The notes: generated by a model from the letters alone, not told the origin. Positions 1 through 10,238 are shown, counted from the stretch's first letter. The stretch: DNA of 64,000 nt from an uncultured Rhodospirillaceae bacterium (GCA_964590195.1 CAZPWJ010000016.1:1477-65476); one strand, 5' to 3'. Translations and numbers: made by a program.

Positions 1-785
1 TCATCGCCGCCCTGGATCATGCGGATTTCGACAGCTACGACCTATCTTCCCTGCGCAGCGGCATCATGGCCGGCTCCCCCTGCCCGATCGAGGTGATGAA
101 GCAGGTGGTGGACAAAATGAACATGTCCGAGGTCACCATCGCCTACGGCATGACGGAAACCTCGCCCGTCAGTTTCCAGACGGCGGTGGACGATGAATTG
201 GAGCGCAAGGTGGGCACCGTGGGACGCTCGCTGCCGCATGTGGAAAGCAAGATCGTCGATGCCGATGGCCGCATCGTGGCCCCGGGCGAGACCGGCGAGA
301 TCCTGACTCGCGGCTATAACGTCATGCTGGGCTATTGGGATGACGAGGAACGGACCGCCGAGTCCATTGACGCGGCGGGCTGGATGCATACGGGCGACCT
401 GGGCACCATGGACGAATACGGCTATGGCAACGTGGTTGGCCGTATCAAGGACATGGTGATCCGGGGCGGCGAAAACGTCTACCCGCGCGAAATCGAGGAA
501 TATCTCTATCGCAACGACAAGATCCAGGATGTGCAGGTGATCGGCGTGCCCGACCAGAGATTCGGCGAAGAGCTATGCGCCTGGATCGTCCTGCGCGAAG
601 GCGAGACGGCGGAAGAAAACGAGATCAAGGAATTCTGCCGCGGCCAGATCGCCCATTACAAAGTACCGCGCTATATCAAGTTCGTGGACGAATTCCCCAT
701 GACCGTCACCGGCAAGGTACAGAAGTTCGTCATGCGCGACCAGATGATTGAAGAGTTGAACCTGGAAGTGGCGAAGACGGCTTAG
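1..785 (+). CDS. AMP-dependent acyl-CoA synthetase/ligase (ANL superfamily), C-terminal fragment; 5' end lies outside the window
   Basis: Frame 3 is open from the window start ([28 protein letters not shown]...). Motifs [28 protein letters not shown] and terminal [10 protein letters not shown] are typical of fatty-acid-CoA ligases. Confidence 0.85.
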   Translation, partial: IAALDHADFDSYDLSSLRSGIMAGSPCPIEVMKQVVDKMNMSEVTIAYGMTETSPVSFQTAVDDELERKVGTVGRSLPHVESKIVDADGRIVAPGETGEILTRGYNVMLGYWDDEERTAESIDAAGWMHTGDLGTMDEYGYGNVVGRIKDMVIRGGENVYPREIEEYLYRNDKIQDVQVIGVPDQRFGEELCAWIVLREGETAEENEIKEFCRGQIAHYKVPRYIKFVDEFPMTVTGKVQKFVMRDQMIEELNLEVAKTA

Positions 786-800
786 AGCAACCTGCCTGAT

Positions 801-2270
801 CTAGCCGCCGATGGTTTGAGCCTCGCCGGTGGGAACCGTGTTCTTGCCGGCAGCGCGCTGGCGCTTTTCGTCGACCAATTCCATGATCACGCGGCTGACC
901 CGCTCACCCGCCTTGCCATCGGAATTGTTGACCCAATGATCCAAGGCCAGACAACTGGTTTCGGACAGTTCCGCGCCACGGGATTTCGCCGGCCGCGCAA
1001 GCGCCTTTTCCGCCATTATCCTGACCAACTCATCCTCCGAATTGGCCCGTTCCGCAGCCTCACCCAGATCAACCATGAAAGGCGACGCCAGCGGGGTCAC
1101 CGCTTCATCAAAATGGGGCGAGACCACGTCCACATTAGCCGCCAGGGCCTCGAACAGAGAGCCGCTGTTGATGGTGCACAGCACATCGGATCCGACGATC
1201 AGATCAAAGGAGTTGCCGCCGACCAAAACTTCCAGGTTCTCTGGCGGTCCGAAATCCTCTCCCAAACCTTCGTTTAGGGAATCCACAGCCAGCACATGGT
1301 TCTTGGACTTGATGATGACATGGATTTCGGGATTCTCCCGGGCGAGACGGATCATGGCGCGGATGCAATTGCGTGACAGGTTGGAAAAATTGATCTTCTC
1401 CAACTCCGGATCCAGAGCCTCGAAGCGGTCATCACCACGGCGGCCAAGAACCGGGCAACCGGTCCTGTCGTTGAAGGACATGAACAAGACCGTGGGCCGG
1501 CCATCAAGGGACTGATCCTGGCCGGCATGTTCGCGGCGGTATTGGTGAAATCGGTCCAGCCTCGGCGCGCCGGTGGCGACGATACGATCGGCGGGGGCGA
1601 CGCCGGCATTGATTTCGATGCGCCGCTCGATCTCGTTATAGGTCGTGATCAGCCGACCCTGAAACGGCATCTTCCGCTCCCGGTAGGTCTCCTCGTAAAA
1701 CGGCTCCACACCCGGCGTCTTGATGCACTCCTTATGCATGGCCACGACGGGAATATCGAAATGACCCAGGGCAGCGGCGAATTCCTGTTCGGCATAGAAA
1801 CTGAAATTCGCGGTCAAGGCGACGTCGAGTTCGAGGCGCGGCACCAAATGGCGGCAAACCCCGATCATGAAATTTCGGTAGGCCTGTTTCCGAGCCGTGA
1901 TCGCGGCATCATCCTGGCGGTAATTGTTGTCATCCACCAAATCGCCGAAGAAGTAGTTGGCAATAACCTTTAAGGCCTTGCGGTGCAGGCGCAGGACCTT
2001 GAAGCGGCCGTCCATGGCGATGCTGTTTTGCACATCTTCCGCGAAGCCGCTTTTGGGCAGGGTAAGTGCGATGACTGGCTTTCCCGGTGCCTTGGCCTCA
2101 AAGACGGTTTGCACCTGCCAGGCCAGCAGCCAAGCGGCCAATCTGGGATAGTCATTGCGGGCAGCCAGGACCAACAGATATTTCGAGGTCATGACGCCGA
2201 ACATGCCCGGCTTCGTTGCCATCCCAACGATGCGGCGGCGGACAATATGAAAGCCTGAAATAAGGTTCAT
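801..2270 (-). CDS. GT-B-like transferase resembling the CDP-glycerol glycerophosphotransferase (TagB/TagF) / capsule-polysaccharide-biosynthesis family; function unknown
   Basis: 489-aa ORF, last gene of a minus-strand three-gene cluster. C-terminal region (HVIIKSKNHVL ... LCTINSGSLFEALAANVDVV) resembles the TagF/capsule-synthesis nucleotide-binding half. The family call is tentative. The start could be an internal Met (2222 or 2192). Confidence 0.5.
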   Translation of the reverse strand: MNLISGFHIVRRRIVGMATKPGMFGVMTSKYLLVLAARNDYPRLAAWLLAWQVQTVFEAKAPGKPVIALTLPKSGFAEDVQNSIAMDGRFKVLRLHRKALKVIANYFFGDLVDDNNYRQDDAAITARKQAYRNFMIGVCRHLVPRLELDVALTANFSFYAEQEFAAALGHFDIPVVAMHKECIKTPGVEPFYEETYRERKMPFQGRLITTYNEIERRIEINAGVAPADRIVATGAPRLDRFHQYRREHAGQDQSLDGRPTVLFMSFNDRTGCPVLGRRGDDRFEALDPELEKINFSNLSRNCIRAMIRLARENPEIHVIIKSKNHVLAVDSLNEGLGEDFGPPENLEVLVGGNSFDLIVGSDVLCTINSGSLFEALAANVDVVSPHFDEAVTPLASPFMVDLGEAAERANSEDELVRIMAEKALARPAKSRGAELSETSCLALDHWVNNSDGKAGERVSRVIMELVDEKRQRAAGKNTVPTGEAQTIGG

Positions 2271-2334
2271 CAGTTACCGTTTCCCATGATCCGATATGGA
2301 TCGTTTAGGCCTTTGCCCATGCGGATGCAAGGTC

Positions 2335-3267
2335 CTAAGCGATTGGCAGTTCAATCGTGTCCAGGCGCGGCAAATTCAACGGGTCGTCCCGTGTAGGATC
2401 TACCGTGCCTTCATCGATGGTCAGGCCCAACGCGCAACCGTGCCGACCAACGACCGCGCGGACGCCCGCATCCGAGGCGCCGTAAGGATAACACATCACC
2501 CAGTCCTCGGTTTGCGCACCAAGGCTGTTTAAAAACGCCAAGGTGGCCGAGACCTCTTGTTCCTGTTCCTCGGTGCTAAGCAGATTCAGCCGGTAATGTT
2601 TCGCGCCATGGCCGCCAATGTACATACCACATTGAACCATCATGCGCAGTTGGTCTTCAGAGGCGTAAAGCTCGCCGGCAAAGGCCTTTTGATCGACCGA
2701 CACAAAGGTCTGAAACAGCTCGTCGATAAGGATTTTTCTGCTGGCATCCGGCAGCGCCTGTTGCAGCACCTTCTTGATGAACCAAATCTCAGCCGTGTCA
2801 TAGCGCACCGGCTTTCCATGTTGTTTCCAGTAGACATCAAAGGGATCAATGCCATCCTGGCCACTGCGCGCGTCAATGAACGACTTGATCTCCTTGATGA
2901 TGATATCGGGATCGGTTTGCGCCGCACGAATAAAATGCGCCTTGTTGACGTCCAGCAATTCACCCTTCACGACCGCGTTGACGGCGGGAAAAAATGCGCC
3001 ATGCATCTTGCGCTCAAATAACAGCGGCAGGACGTTGGTGTAGTGATCCAAATAGCCGTCATCGAAGGTCAGCCAGATGGCATTGTCCGGCAGGACCGTA
3101 TCGCCCTTAAAGGCGGCGATGACCTGGTCGGTGGCGACAACTTCATAATGACGCCCGAAATAGTCGATTTGCTGCCTGAATTCCGCAAGATCCCTGCCTT
3201 TGATGGCCGGATACCGGCTGTTTTGCAGATCCCGCACGAAATGATAGGTGACGATGGTAAGGGGCAT
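2335..3267 (-). CDS. polysaccharide deacetylase (NodB-homology domain) family protein
   Basis: WLTFDDGYLDHY motif (NodB motif 1, Asp-Asp metal/catalytic pair). 310 aa. The gaps to its neighbours are 93 nt (from 3361) and 64 nt (to 2270). Confidence 0.75.
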   Translation of the reverse strand: MPLTIVTYHFVRDLQNSRYPAIKGRDLAEFRQQIDYFGRHYEVVATDQVIAAFKGDTVLPDNAIWLTFDDGYLDHYTNVLPLLFERKMHGAFFPAVNAVVKGELLDVNKAHFIRAAQTDPDIIIKEIKSFIDARSGQDGIDPFDVYWKQHGKPVRYDTAEIWFIKKVLQQALPDASRKILIDELFQTFVSVDQKAFAGELYASEDQLRMMVQCGMYIGGHGAKHYRLNLLSTEEQEQEVSATLAFLNSLGAQTEDWVMCYPYGASDAGVRAVVGRHGCALGLTIDEGTVDPTRDDPLNLPRLDTIELPIA

Positions 3268-3360
3268 CAGATCCCAATTTCTGCCGTTGGTGAATCGCGC
3301 CTCAAAATAACCGAGGCGGCGGGATCGTGAAACCGTGGATTACACCATCTAAACAGAAGC

Positions 3361-4818
3361 CTACATGGAATCGGAGACGGCGCCGAATGTGAGGGCGGCG
3401 GCGGGCTTGGATTTACCTTGCGACATGGCACCCTGGCGGAAGCCGCGGAAGGTGGTGTCCTTTTCCCGATACAGATACTCGATCTGGGCTAACGCCTTGT
3501 CGCGGTTGCTATCAAAGAAATTCTCCGCCAGCTGCTTGTTGGCATCTTCCAGGCAGGCATAGACCTCGTCATCGGTCAGTTCCGTGAAGTTGCAGCACAG
3601 AAGATCCGAATTCAGATGTTTTCGCTCGTAAAAATCGGCCGGGCCTTCCAATAACCCTTGATCGATCGCCATGTGATAAAGCGGCGAGCCGGGATAGGGC
3701 GTCACCGGGCGGATCGTGCGCCGTTGCGCCTGATCGTCATATTTAATCAGGAAATCCACGGCCTTTTGCAGGGTTTCCTTGGTATCGCCAAGATTGCCAA
3801 ACAACATGTTCAGGCCGGGGCTGATGCCGGCCTCAAGCGTCCATTCCACGCCCTTGACCACCTGATCCGTGCGCAGGCCCTTTTTCATCAGCTTGAGAAC
3901 ATTGTCATCCATGGCTTCGATGCCATAGTTGATGAAGACGCAGCCGGCCCGTTTCATGTGCGCCAACAGCTCGGGCGTGCAATAGTTCAGACGGCCGTTG
4001 CAATCCCAGGTGACGGGCAGATTGGCCTTTTCGAAGGCATTACAGATTTCCTCCGTATGGGCAATGGACGTCATCATCAGATCGTCCATGAACGAAATGC
4101 GCGTAACGCCATATTCCTTGTAAAGGAACTCAATCTCCGCCAGCAAATCCTCGCCCGATCGGGCCCGGTAGCCAGGGTCCATGCGATAGCAGAAGGTACA
4201 TTTGAAGGTGCAGCCCCGGGCCGACATCATGGGCAGGGTGAACTCGGTATCCGGCTGGCCGGGCCGCTTCAACAGACGGTAATATTGCATGGGGAAGAGG
4301 TGATAGGCCGGCCAAGGAATGCTGTCCAGATCCTCCACCACGCCACGCCGGGGGTTGATCACGCACTTGCCGCCATCGTTATAGGCGATGCCGGAAATCA
4401 GGCTCAGGGGCCGTTTGTTGGCGATGGCATCGAACAATTCGACGGCGGTTTCCTCGCCCTCGCCCATGACAATGCAGTCGGCGCCCGAAACCTGCATGAA
4501 ATATTCCGGCTCCGGCGTCGGGCCATAGCCACCCAAAATATAGAAAGGCCGGTCCTTGGCCTCATTGATGGCTTTCGACAGCCCGACAAGCCGTTGATAT
4601 TGATAGTACCCCGCGATCAGAGAGATGCAGACCACGTCAAAATGGTTGGCATTCAGAAATTCCGTCAGGTGCTCATCCGGGTAATGATGCATGTCCTGGC
4701 TATAGACCTCGACCTCATAGCCTTCTCGTTCCAGAATGGCCGCGATATAGCCGAGTCCCATGGGAAAATGGTGCATATAAGCGCCGTTATCATACACGAC
4801 CAATAATACCCGCATCAT
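3361..4818 (-). CDS. B12-binding domain / radical SAM domain protein (class B radical SAM)
   Basis: N-terminal Rossmann-like cobalamin-binding region (VLLVVYDN...ILGGYGPTPEPEY...ADCIVMGEGEE), then a CX3CX2C radical SAM cluster motif (SARGCTFKCTFCYR). 485 aa. Confidence 0.85.
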   Translation of the reverse strand: MMRVLLVVYDNGAYMHHFPMGLGYIAAILEREGYEVEVYSQDMHHYPDEHLTEFLNANHFDVVCISLIAGYYQYQRLVGLSKAINEAKDRPFYILGGYGPTPEPEYFMQVSGADCIVMGEGEETAVELFDAIANKRPLSLISGIAYNDGGKCVINPRRGVVEDLDSIPWPAYHLFPMQYYRLLKRPGQPDTEFTLPMMSARGCTFKCTFCYRMDPGYRARSGEDLLAEIEFLYKEYGVTRISFMDDLMMTSIAHTEEICNAFEKANLPVTWDCNGRLNYCTPELLAHMKRAGCVFINYGIEAMDDNVLKLMKKGLRTDQVVKGVEWTLEAGISPGLNMLFGNLGDTKETLQKAVDFLIKYDDQAQRRTIRPVTPYPGSPLYHMAIDQGLLEGPADFYERKHLNSDLLCCNFTELTDDEVYACLEDANKQLAENFFDSNRDKALAQIEYLYREKDTTFRGFRQGAMSQGKSKPAAALTFGAVSDSM

Positions 4819-5088
4819 CAGTTTCCCATCTCAAATCTTATGTTTCGAAGGTCTAATTTAACCGCCCCCGCCTTTCATTCCAACAAGGCATCCATGGGTT
4901 TGTTGAGGCCCCGGCTTGTTGAGAATGATTCGCGACTACACCCCGCAACATAAGTCATTTAGGTATTCTGTCCAACGGATTATCTGCGTTGCGACAAGCT
5001 TTCAGGTCGTTTGACAGCCCGGCGCGGGTCCCGGAAAATAAATTGAGGACGCCCCGACACATGGGCTTTTGTAATCGAGGACAAAATA

Positions 5089-5940
5089 ATGGGTAAACTG
5101 GACGGCAAAACAGCGATTGTGACCGGTGCCAGCCGGGGCATCGGCCAGGCCATCGCGGAACTTTTTGCTTCGGAAGGCGCTTCGGTGGCCTGTGCCGCGC
5201 GCACCTTGAACGAAGGTGATCATAACCTGGAAGGCTCATTGGGCCGTACGGTGGCGGCGATCGAGGAAGCGGGCGGCAGCGCCAAGGCCTTCGCCGCCGA
5301 TGTTTCTTCCGAAAGCGATTGTCTGGCCCTGGTCGAAGGCGCCCGCGATGCCTTCGGGCCCATCGATATTCTCGTCAATAACGCCGCCTTGAGCTATTTC
5401 ATGCCGATCGGCGGCTTTGCCACCAATCACTGGGTGCGTTCGTTCGCGGTCAATGTGCATGCGCCCTTTATATTGGCCAAGGCGGTGCTGCCGGACATGA
5501 GCGAAGGCAACCGCGGCGGCGCCATCGTCAACATCGGCTCCGGCGCGGCGATCGGCCCGGGCCGCGGGCCCTATGACAATCCCGCACCTCGGGGCAACAC
5601 CATGTATGGCGCCACCAAGGCAGCCCTGGAACGCTTTACCCAAGGGCTTGCGGAAGAGGTCGCTGCCCAGGGCAACATCGCCGTTTCCTGCGTTTCGCCA
5701 TCGAAAGTCGTGCCAACGCCGGGCACCGTCTATCACCATCTTGTCGACGGCATGGATGATCCGAGGGGCGAAGCACCCGATTACATGGCCCGCGCCGCCT
5801 TGTTATTGGCCAGCGAGGAAGCGGCAAAGGTCAACGGCCGGGTGACTTACAGCCAGCTGATCCTGGGCGAATTCGGCTGGATCGAAAACCCGGTCGGGCG
5901 CGGCATCGACAGTAAAGGCTCCGGCTATTCGGAGATATGA
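5089..5940 (+). CDS. SDR family NAD(P)-dependent oxidoreductase
   Basis: TGASRGIGQAIA glycine-rich cofactor motif, the NNAA motif, and a Y-x3-K active-site pattern (YGATK). Confidence 0.85.
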   Translation: MGKLDGKTAIVTGASRGIGQAIAELFASEGASVACAARTLNEGDHNLEGSLGRTVAAIEEAGGSAKAFAADVSSESDCLALVEGARDAFGPIDILVNNAALSYFMPIGGFATNHWVRSFAVNVHAPFILAKAVLPDMSEGNRGGAIVNIGSGAAIGPGRGPYDNPAPRGNTMYGATKAALERFTQGLAEEVAAQGNIAVSCVSPSKVVPTPGTVYHHLVDGMDDPRGEAPDYMARAALLLASEEAAKVNGRVTYSQLILGEFGWIENPVGRGIDSKGSGYSEI

Positions 5941-5981
5941 TCCGGGCCGGGCCTTTCGCCTCGATTTTTTTGGCAGCGGCG

Positions 5982-6770
5982 TCAGTAGCCTTTGTAGTTG
6001 CCGGGCCGCTTCTCCTTGAAGGCCTTGATGGCCTCGGGATGATCTTCGCCCGCCCGCGCGATGGCGATGTGAGAGCTGACCAGATCAAAGGCCGTCGCCA
6101 TATCGGTTTCCAGGCTTTGATTGACCGTGCGTTTGATCAGCCGGATCGACAGCGGCGGCATGGCCGCGATGCGTTTGGCCAGCTTGGTGGTTTCCGCCAA
6201 CAGCTGATCATCGGGATAGACGTGATTGACCAGACCGATTTCCTGGGCCGCCGCCGCATCGATAAAATCCGCCGTCCATAACAGTTCCAAAGCCCGCGCC
6301 TTGCCGACCAGGCGGGGGAGGAAATAGGCCCCGCCGCCGCCCGGCAGCAGGCCAATCTTGGCGTAGGTCTCGGCGAATTTCGCGCTTTCGCCGGCGATGC
6401 GGATATCACAGGCCAGGGCAAGGTCCATGCCGCCGCCGATTGCCGCGCCATTGACGGCGGCCAGCAACGGTTTTTCAAAGCGTGCCGCGCGCTTGGGGAA
6501 GGCCTGGATCTCGCCCCAGATCCGGGTTTTCGTAATGTGGGGCCGGCTGTCATGCGCCTCCCCCATGCCGCCGATATCACCGCCCGAACAAAAGCCGCGG
6601 CCCGCACCCGTCAGGATCACGGCGCGAACATCATCCCGCGCATCGCATTCATCCAGCGCCGCGACCATGGCATGCAGCATTTCGCCGGTAAAAGCATTCA
6701 GCTTTTCCGGCCGGTTCATGGTCAATGTCGCGATGCCGTCCTCGACATCAAATAGCAAATAGTCCGTCAT
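5982..6770 (-). CDS. enoyl-CoA hydratase/isomerase (crotonase) family protein
   Basis: LTMNRPEKLNAF ... ILTGAGRGFCSGGDI oxyanion-hole motifs. Confidence 0.85.
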   Translation of the reverse strand: MTDYLLFDVEDGIATLTMNRPEKLNAFTGEMLHAMVAALDECDARDDVRAVILTGAGRGFCSGGDIGGMGEAHDSRPHITKTRIWGEIQAFPKRAARFEKPLLAAVNGAAIGGGMDLALACDIRIAGESAKFAETYAKIGLLPGGGGAYFLPRLVGKARALELLWTADFIDAAAAQEIGLVNHVYPDDQLLAETTKLAKRIAAMPPLSIRLIKRTVNQSLETDMATAFDLVSSHIAIARAGEDHPEAIKAFKEKRPGNYKGY

Positions 6771-6784
6771 TGTCTTTTCCTCTC

Positions 6785-7771
6785 TCAGGCCGCCGTTAGC
6801 TTCGACAGCACCATATTCGCCTCTTCCACGATGGTCCGCACCACATCGCCCGCGACGGGCACGGCATCAATCAGGCCGCTGCTTTGCCCGGCGGGCAGAA
6901 CGCCGTTTTCAACATCGCCCTCGATGCGGCCTCTCTGTGATGCCGGATGGCCCACGTGCATGCCCTGCAGCGGGTATGGCTCGATCTCCGCCTCGCGGCC
7001 TTCCCAACTGTCGGTAAAGCCATTGCGGATCAGGCGGCAGGTCTTGCCGCTATGAGCCCGGGTCACAATGGTGCCGGCAGTATCCGTCTCGGTGATCTTT
7101 TGTTTGTAGTTTTCGTGCGCCCGCGCCTCTTGCGTGGCGATGAAGCGCGTGCCCATCCAAACGCCCTGGGCGCCGAATGATAGAGCGGCAAGCAGGCCGC
7201 GCCCATCCGCCAGCCCGCCGCCGGCCAGAACCGGCACATCGACCGCGTCGACCACCGCCGGGATCAGCGCCGCCGTACCGATGGAGCCCACATGCCCGCC
7301 ACCGTCCGAGCCCGAGGCTATGACCGCATCGACGCCGTCAGCGACCGCCTTTTCCGCATGGCGGACGGCGCCGACCACAGACATCACGGTAATACCCAAC
7401 TCCTTTGCTTTGGGAACGGCATCCCGGGGACTGCCCAGACCAGAAATTAGAACCGGCACCCGCTCCTCAAATACCACATCGACCATGGCCATTACCTTGT
7501 CCGTGTAGCGCACCGCTTCGTCGACTTTCGAGGCAACGGTAGCAAACAGGATATCCACCGCGAACGGTTTATCGGTCTGCGCACGGACGCTGCGGATTTC
7601 CGCGCGCAGTTCGTCCGCGTCCGTGGTTGAACCGGCGCCGATACAGCCGAGGCCGCCGGCGGCGGACACAGCGGCGGCAAGATCGGCCCGGGCAACCCAG
7701 CCCATGCCGGCCTGAAACACCGGGTATTCGATATTCAAGAGATCGCAAATAGGGGTCCGTAGGGCAGACAT
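6785..7771 (-). CDS. nitronate monooxygenase (NMO / 2-nitropropane dioxygenase-like) family flavoprotein
   Basis: IEYPVFQAGMGWVA..., an FMN-binding TIM-barrel signature. ATG at 7771 sits after GGAGG. The ORF-track start at 7789 is a TTG. Confidence 0.8.
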   Translation of the reverse strand: MSALRTPICDLLNIEYPVFQAGMGWVARADLAAAVSAAGGLGCIGAGSTTDADELRAEIRSVRAQTDKPFAVDILFATVASKVDEAVRYTDKVMAMVDVVFEERVPVLISGLGSPRDAVPKAKELGITVMSVVGAVRHAEKAVADGVDAVIASGSDGGGHVGSIGTAALIPAVVDAVDVPVLAGGGLADGRGLLAALSFGAQGVWMGTRFIATQEARAHENYKQKITETDTAGTIVTRAHSGKTCRLIRNGFTDSWEGREAEIEPYPLQGMHVGHPASQRGRIEGDVENGVLPAGQSSGLIDAVPVAGDVVRTIVEEANMVLSKLTAA

Positions 7772-7893
7772 CGCGAATTCCTCCAGCAAACAATTATTGG
7801 CCGTAAGGGTACAAACCCTATGGCTGTGGCCGCAAGCGCGCTATCCTGATTATCCGGGTTCAATTGATTACGCCGCGCGGAGGATTAGTTGTC

Positions 7894-9063
7894 ATGGATT
7901 TTGGCTTTAGCGAGGAGAACGAACGGTTTCGGGCCGAAATAAGGGCCTTCATCGCCGAGAACGTATCGCCCGAAATCGTACAGGAGATGAAAGAGGGCGC
8001 GCGCGGTGCCGGCATCGGTCCCCTGACGAAGGAGCTTATCCTGAAAATTGGCGAACGCGGCTGGATCGGCATGAGTTGGCCCAAGGAATACGGCGGCCGC
8101 GACGCCGATATCATCGATCAGTATATATTCGAGGAGGAGCTCGCCCGCGCCCGCGTACCGCTTAACCTGGGCAACTTCATCGAACAGGCCCCCGCGATCA
8201 TGAAGGCCGGTACGGAAGCCCAAAAGAAATATTTCCTGCCCCGTCTGGTCAGGGGCGAGGTGACCTTCGCCCTTGGCTATAGCGAACCCAGCGGCGGCAC
8301 CGATCTGGCCTCTCTGAAAACACGGGCGGTGGAGGACGACGACGGCTACCTCATCAACGGCCAAAAGGTCTTTACGACCCGCGCCGAGTCTTCCTCACAT
8401 ATCTACCTCATGGCCCGCACCGATCCGGATGCGCCAAAACATAAAGGCATCTCCATCTTTCTCGTCCCCATGGATACCCCCGGCATCACCGTGCGGCCCC
8501 TGTGGACCCTGCCCGGCGGGCGCACCAACGAGGTCTTTCTCGAGGACGTGCGGGTGCCCAACGATGCCATGCTGGGGGAGAAGAACGGCGGCTGGAATAT
8601 CGGTGCCTCCGCCCTCAATCTGGGCCGCGCCGGGGCCCGGCGTTATTGCATCTATGTCTCGCCGTTCGAGGATCTGCTGAAATATCTGCAAACCGATGAT
8701 CTTGGCCGCGACATCGCCAAGGATCCGGTGACCCAGGACAAGATCGCCGAACTGTATTGCGAGGCCCAGGTCGCCAGGCTGTTCACCATGCGCAGCCTGT
8801 CAATGGTGCGGCGCGGCCAGAACCCGCCCTACGAAATCTCGTCGGAAAAAATCTGGGGCCCGGAATTTCAGGTTCGCACAACGGAAGCGGCAAGCCAGAT
8901 CCTCGGCGCCTATCACCAGCTTTGGGATGGCGAAGGCGCGCCGGATAATGGCAACTTCCCCCGCCAATACGTCAACGCCATGGTTTCCACCTTCGGCCAC
9001 GGCAGCACCCAGGTCATGCGCACCGCCATCGCCCGGCGCGGCCTTGATTTGCCCAGAGAGTAA
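7894..9063 (+). CDS. acyl-CoA dehydrogenase family protein
   Basis: MDFGFSEENERFRAEIRAFI N-terminus typical of FadE-type ACADs. The ALGYSEPSGGTDLASLKTRA and ...ING.K.F.T motifs fit the ACAD middle beta-domain. ATG at 7894 follows GGAGGA. Confidence 0.85.
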   Translation: MDFGFSEENERFRAEIRAFIAENVSPEIVQEMKEGARGAGIGPLTKELILKIGERGWIGMSWPKEYGGRDADIIDQYIFEEELARARVPLNLGNFIEQAPAIMKAGTEAQKKYFLPRLVRGEVTFALGYSEPSGGTDLASLKTRAVEDDDGYLINGQKVFTTRAESSSHIYLMARTDPDAPKHKGISIFLVPMDTPGITVRPLWTLPGGRTNEVFLEDVRVPNDAMLGEKNGGWNIGASALNLGRAGARRYCIYVSPFEDLLKYLQTDDLGRDIAKDPVTQDKIAELYCEAQVARLFTMRSLSMVRRGQNPPYEISSEKIWGPEFQVRTTEAASQILGAYHQLWDGEGAPDNGNFPRQYVNAMVSTFGHGSTQVMRTAIARRGLDLPRE

Positions 9064-9069
9064 TTGGCA

Positions 9070-10215
9070 ATGGACGTATTGCTGAACGAAGATGAAGAAA
9101 TGATCCGCGACGGCGTACGGCGGTTCTTTGCATCTGAATGCGATATAGCGCGGGTGCGTGGAATCGAGGATGACGGGGCGTGGACCGACCCGGAACTGTG
9201 GCGGCAGCTGGCCGAGCTGGGCTGGCTGGGACTTGCCCTGCCGGCGGCCTACGGCGGCGGCGAGGCGCCTTTCACCCAATTGACGTTGTTGTTCGAGGAA
9301 GCGGGCCGCGCCCTGGCCCCGGTACCCCTGCACCCGCATATGGTCGCGGCACTGACATTGGCCGAAGCCGTGGAACAGGGCGATTGCGGCGCGCTGGCTG
9401 AGAGCCTGATCAGTGATGCCTGTCTGGGCGAACGCCTGCTGACCTGGGCCTGGGACGAGCGGCTGCCGAATATCGGACCGGAAGTGGTCACCCTAAACGC
9501 AGTCGCCGACGGCAACGGCTGGCGCCTGCAGGGCTGCAAACAAATGGTCGAGGCCTTTGAAATCGCCGACTATTGCCTGGTGGCGGCGCGCACGGATAGC
9601 ACGCAAACCGGCGGCGATGGCATCACCTTGCTGTTGGTGGAGCCCGGCGCGGCGGGAATATCGTCGACCACCCAGCGCACCCTTGGCGGCGATCATCAGT
9701 CCCAGGTTCAATTCGACAATGTCTATGTTGACGGCGATGCCCTGGTCGGGCGGGTCGGCGGCGGCTGGGATCTTGCCCGGCCCATGCTGGAGCGGGCCAT
9801 GGTACTGAACTGCGCCATGATCGTGGGCGCCACCCGCCGGGCCGCCGAGCGAGCCTTTGATTACGCCAAGGAGCGCATCGCTTTTGGCCATCCCATTGGT
9901 TCGTTCCAGGCCATCCAGCATACCTGCGCCGATATGATCACCTGGGTCGACGGCGCCGAGTTGCTGACCCGGGAAGCCGCCTGGCATATCGCCCAAGGCA
10001 TGGACGCGGCCCTGGCGGCGGCGGCGGCAAAATCATTCACCAACGAACGCTGTCAGATGGTGCTGCGCGAGGCCAATCAGATCCACGGCGGCTATGCCCA
10101 GGTTTATGAATACGATCAACAGCTCTGGTACCGCCGGGCGGCGGCCTGGAGCATGCGCCTGGGCACCTCGGCGCAGCACCGCCGCACCGTGGCGCGGGCA
10201 CTGGAAATGCCATAG
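9070..10215 (+). CDS. acyl-CoA dehydrogenase family protein (second of a coupled pair)
   Basis: Starts 7 nt after the stop of the preceding ACAD. The ACAD C-terminal helical domain is present (QIHGGYAQVYEYDQQLWYRRA). Confidence 0.8.
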   Translation: MDVLLNEDEEMIRDGVRRFFASECDIARVRGIEDDGAWTDPELWRQLAELGWLGLALPAAYGGGEAPFTQLTLLFEEAGRALAPVPLHPHMVAALTLAEAVEQGDCGALAESLISDACLGERLLTWAWDERLPNIGPEVVTLNAVADGNGWRLQGCKQMVEAFEIADYCLVAARTDSTQTGGDGITLLLVEPGAAGISSTTQRTLGGDHQSQVQFDNVYVDGDALVGRVGGGWDLARPMLERAMVLNCAMIVGATRRAAERAFDYAKERIAFGHPIGSFQAIQHTCADMITWVDGAELLTREAAWHIAQGMDAALAAAAAKSFTNERCQMVLREANQIHGGYAQVYEYDQQLWYRRAAAWSMRLGTSAQHRRTVARALEMP

Positions 10216-10238
10216 GCACAAATGGGGGGAGTAAAGGA

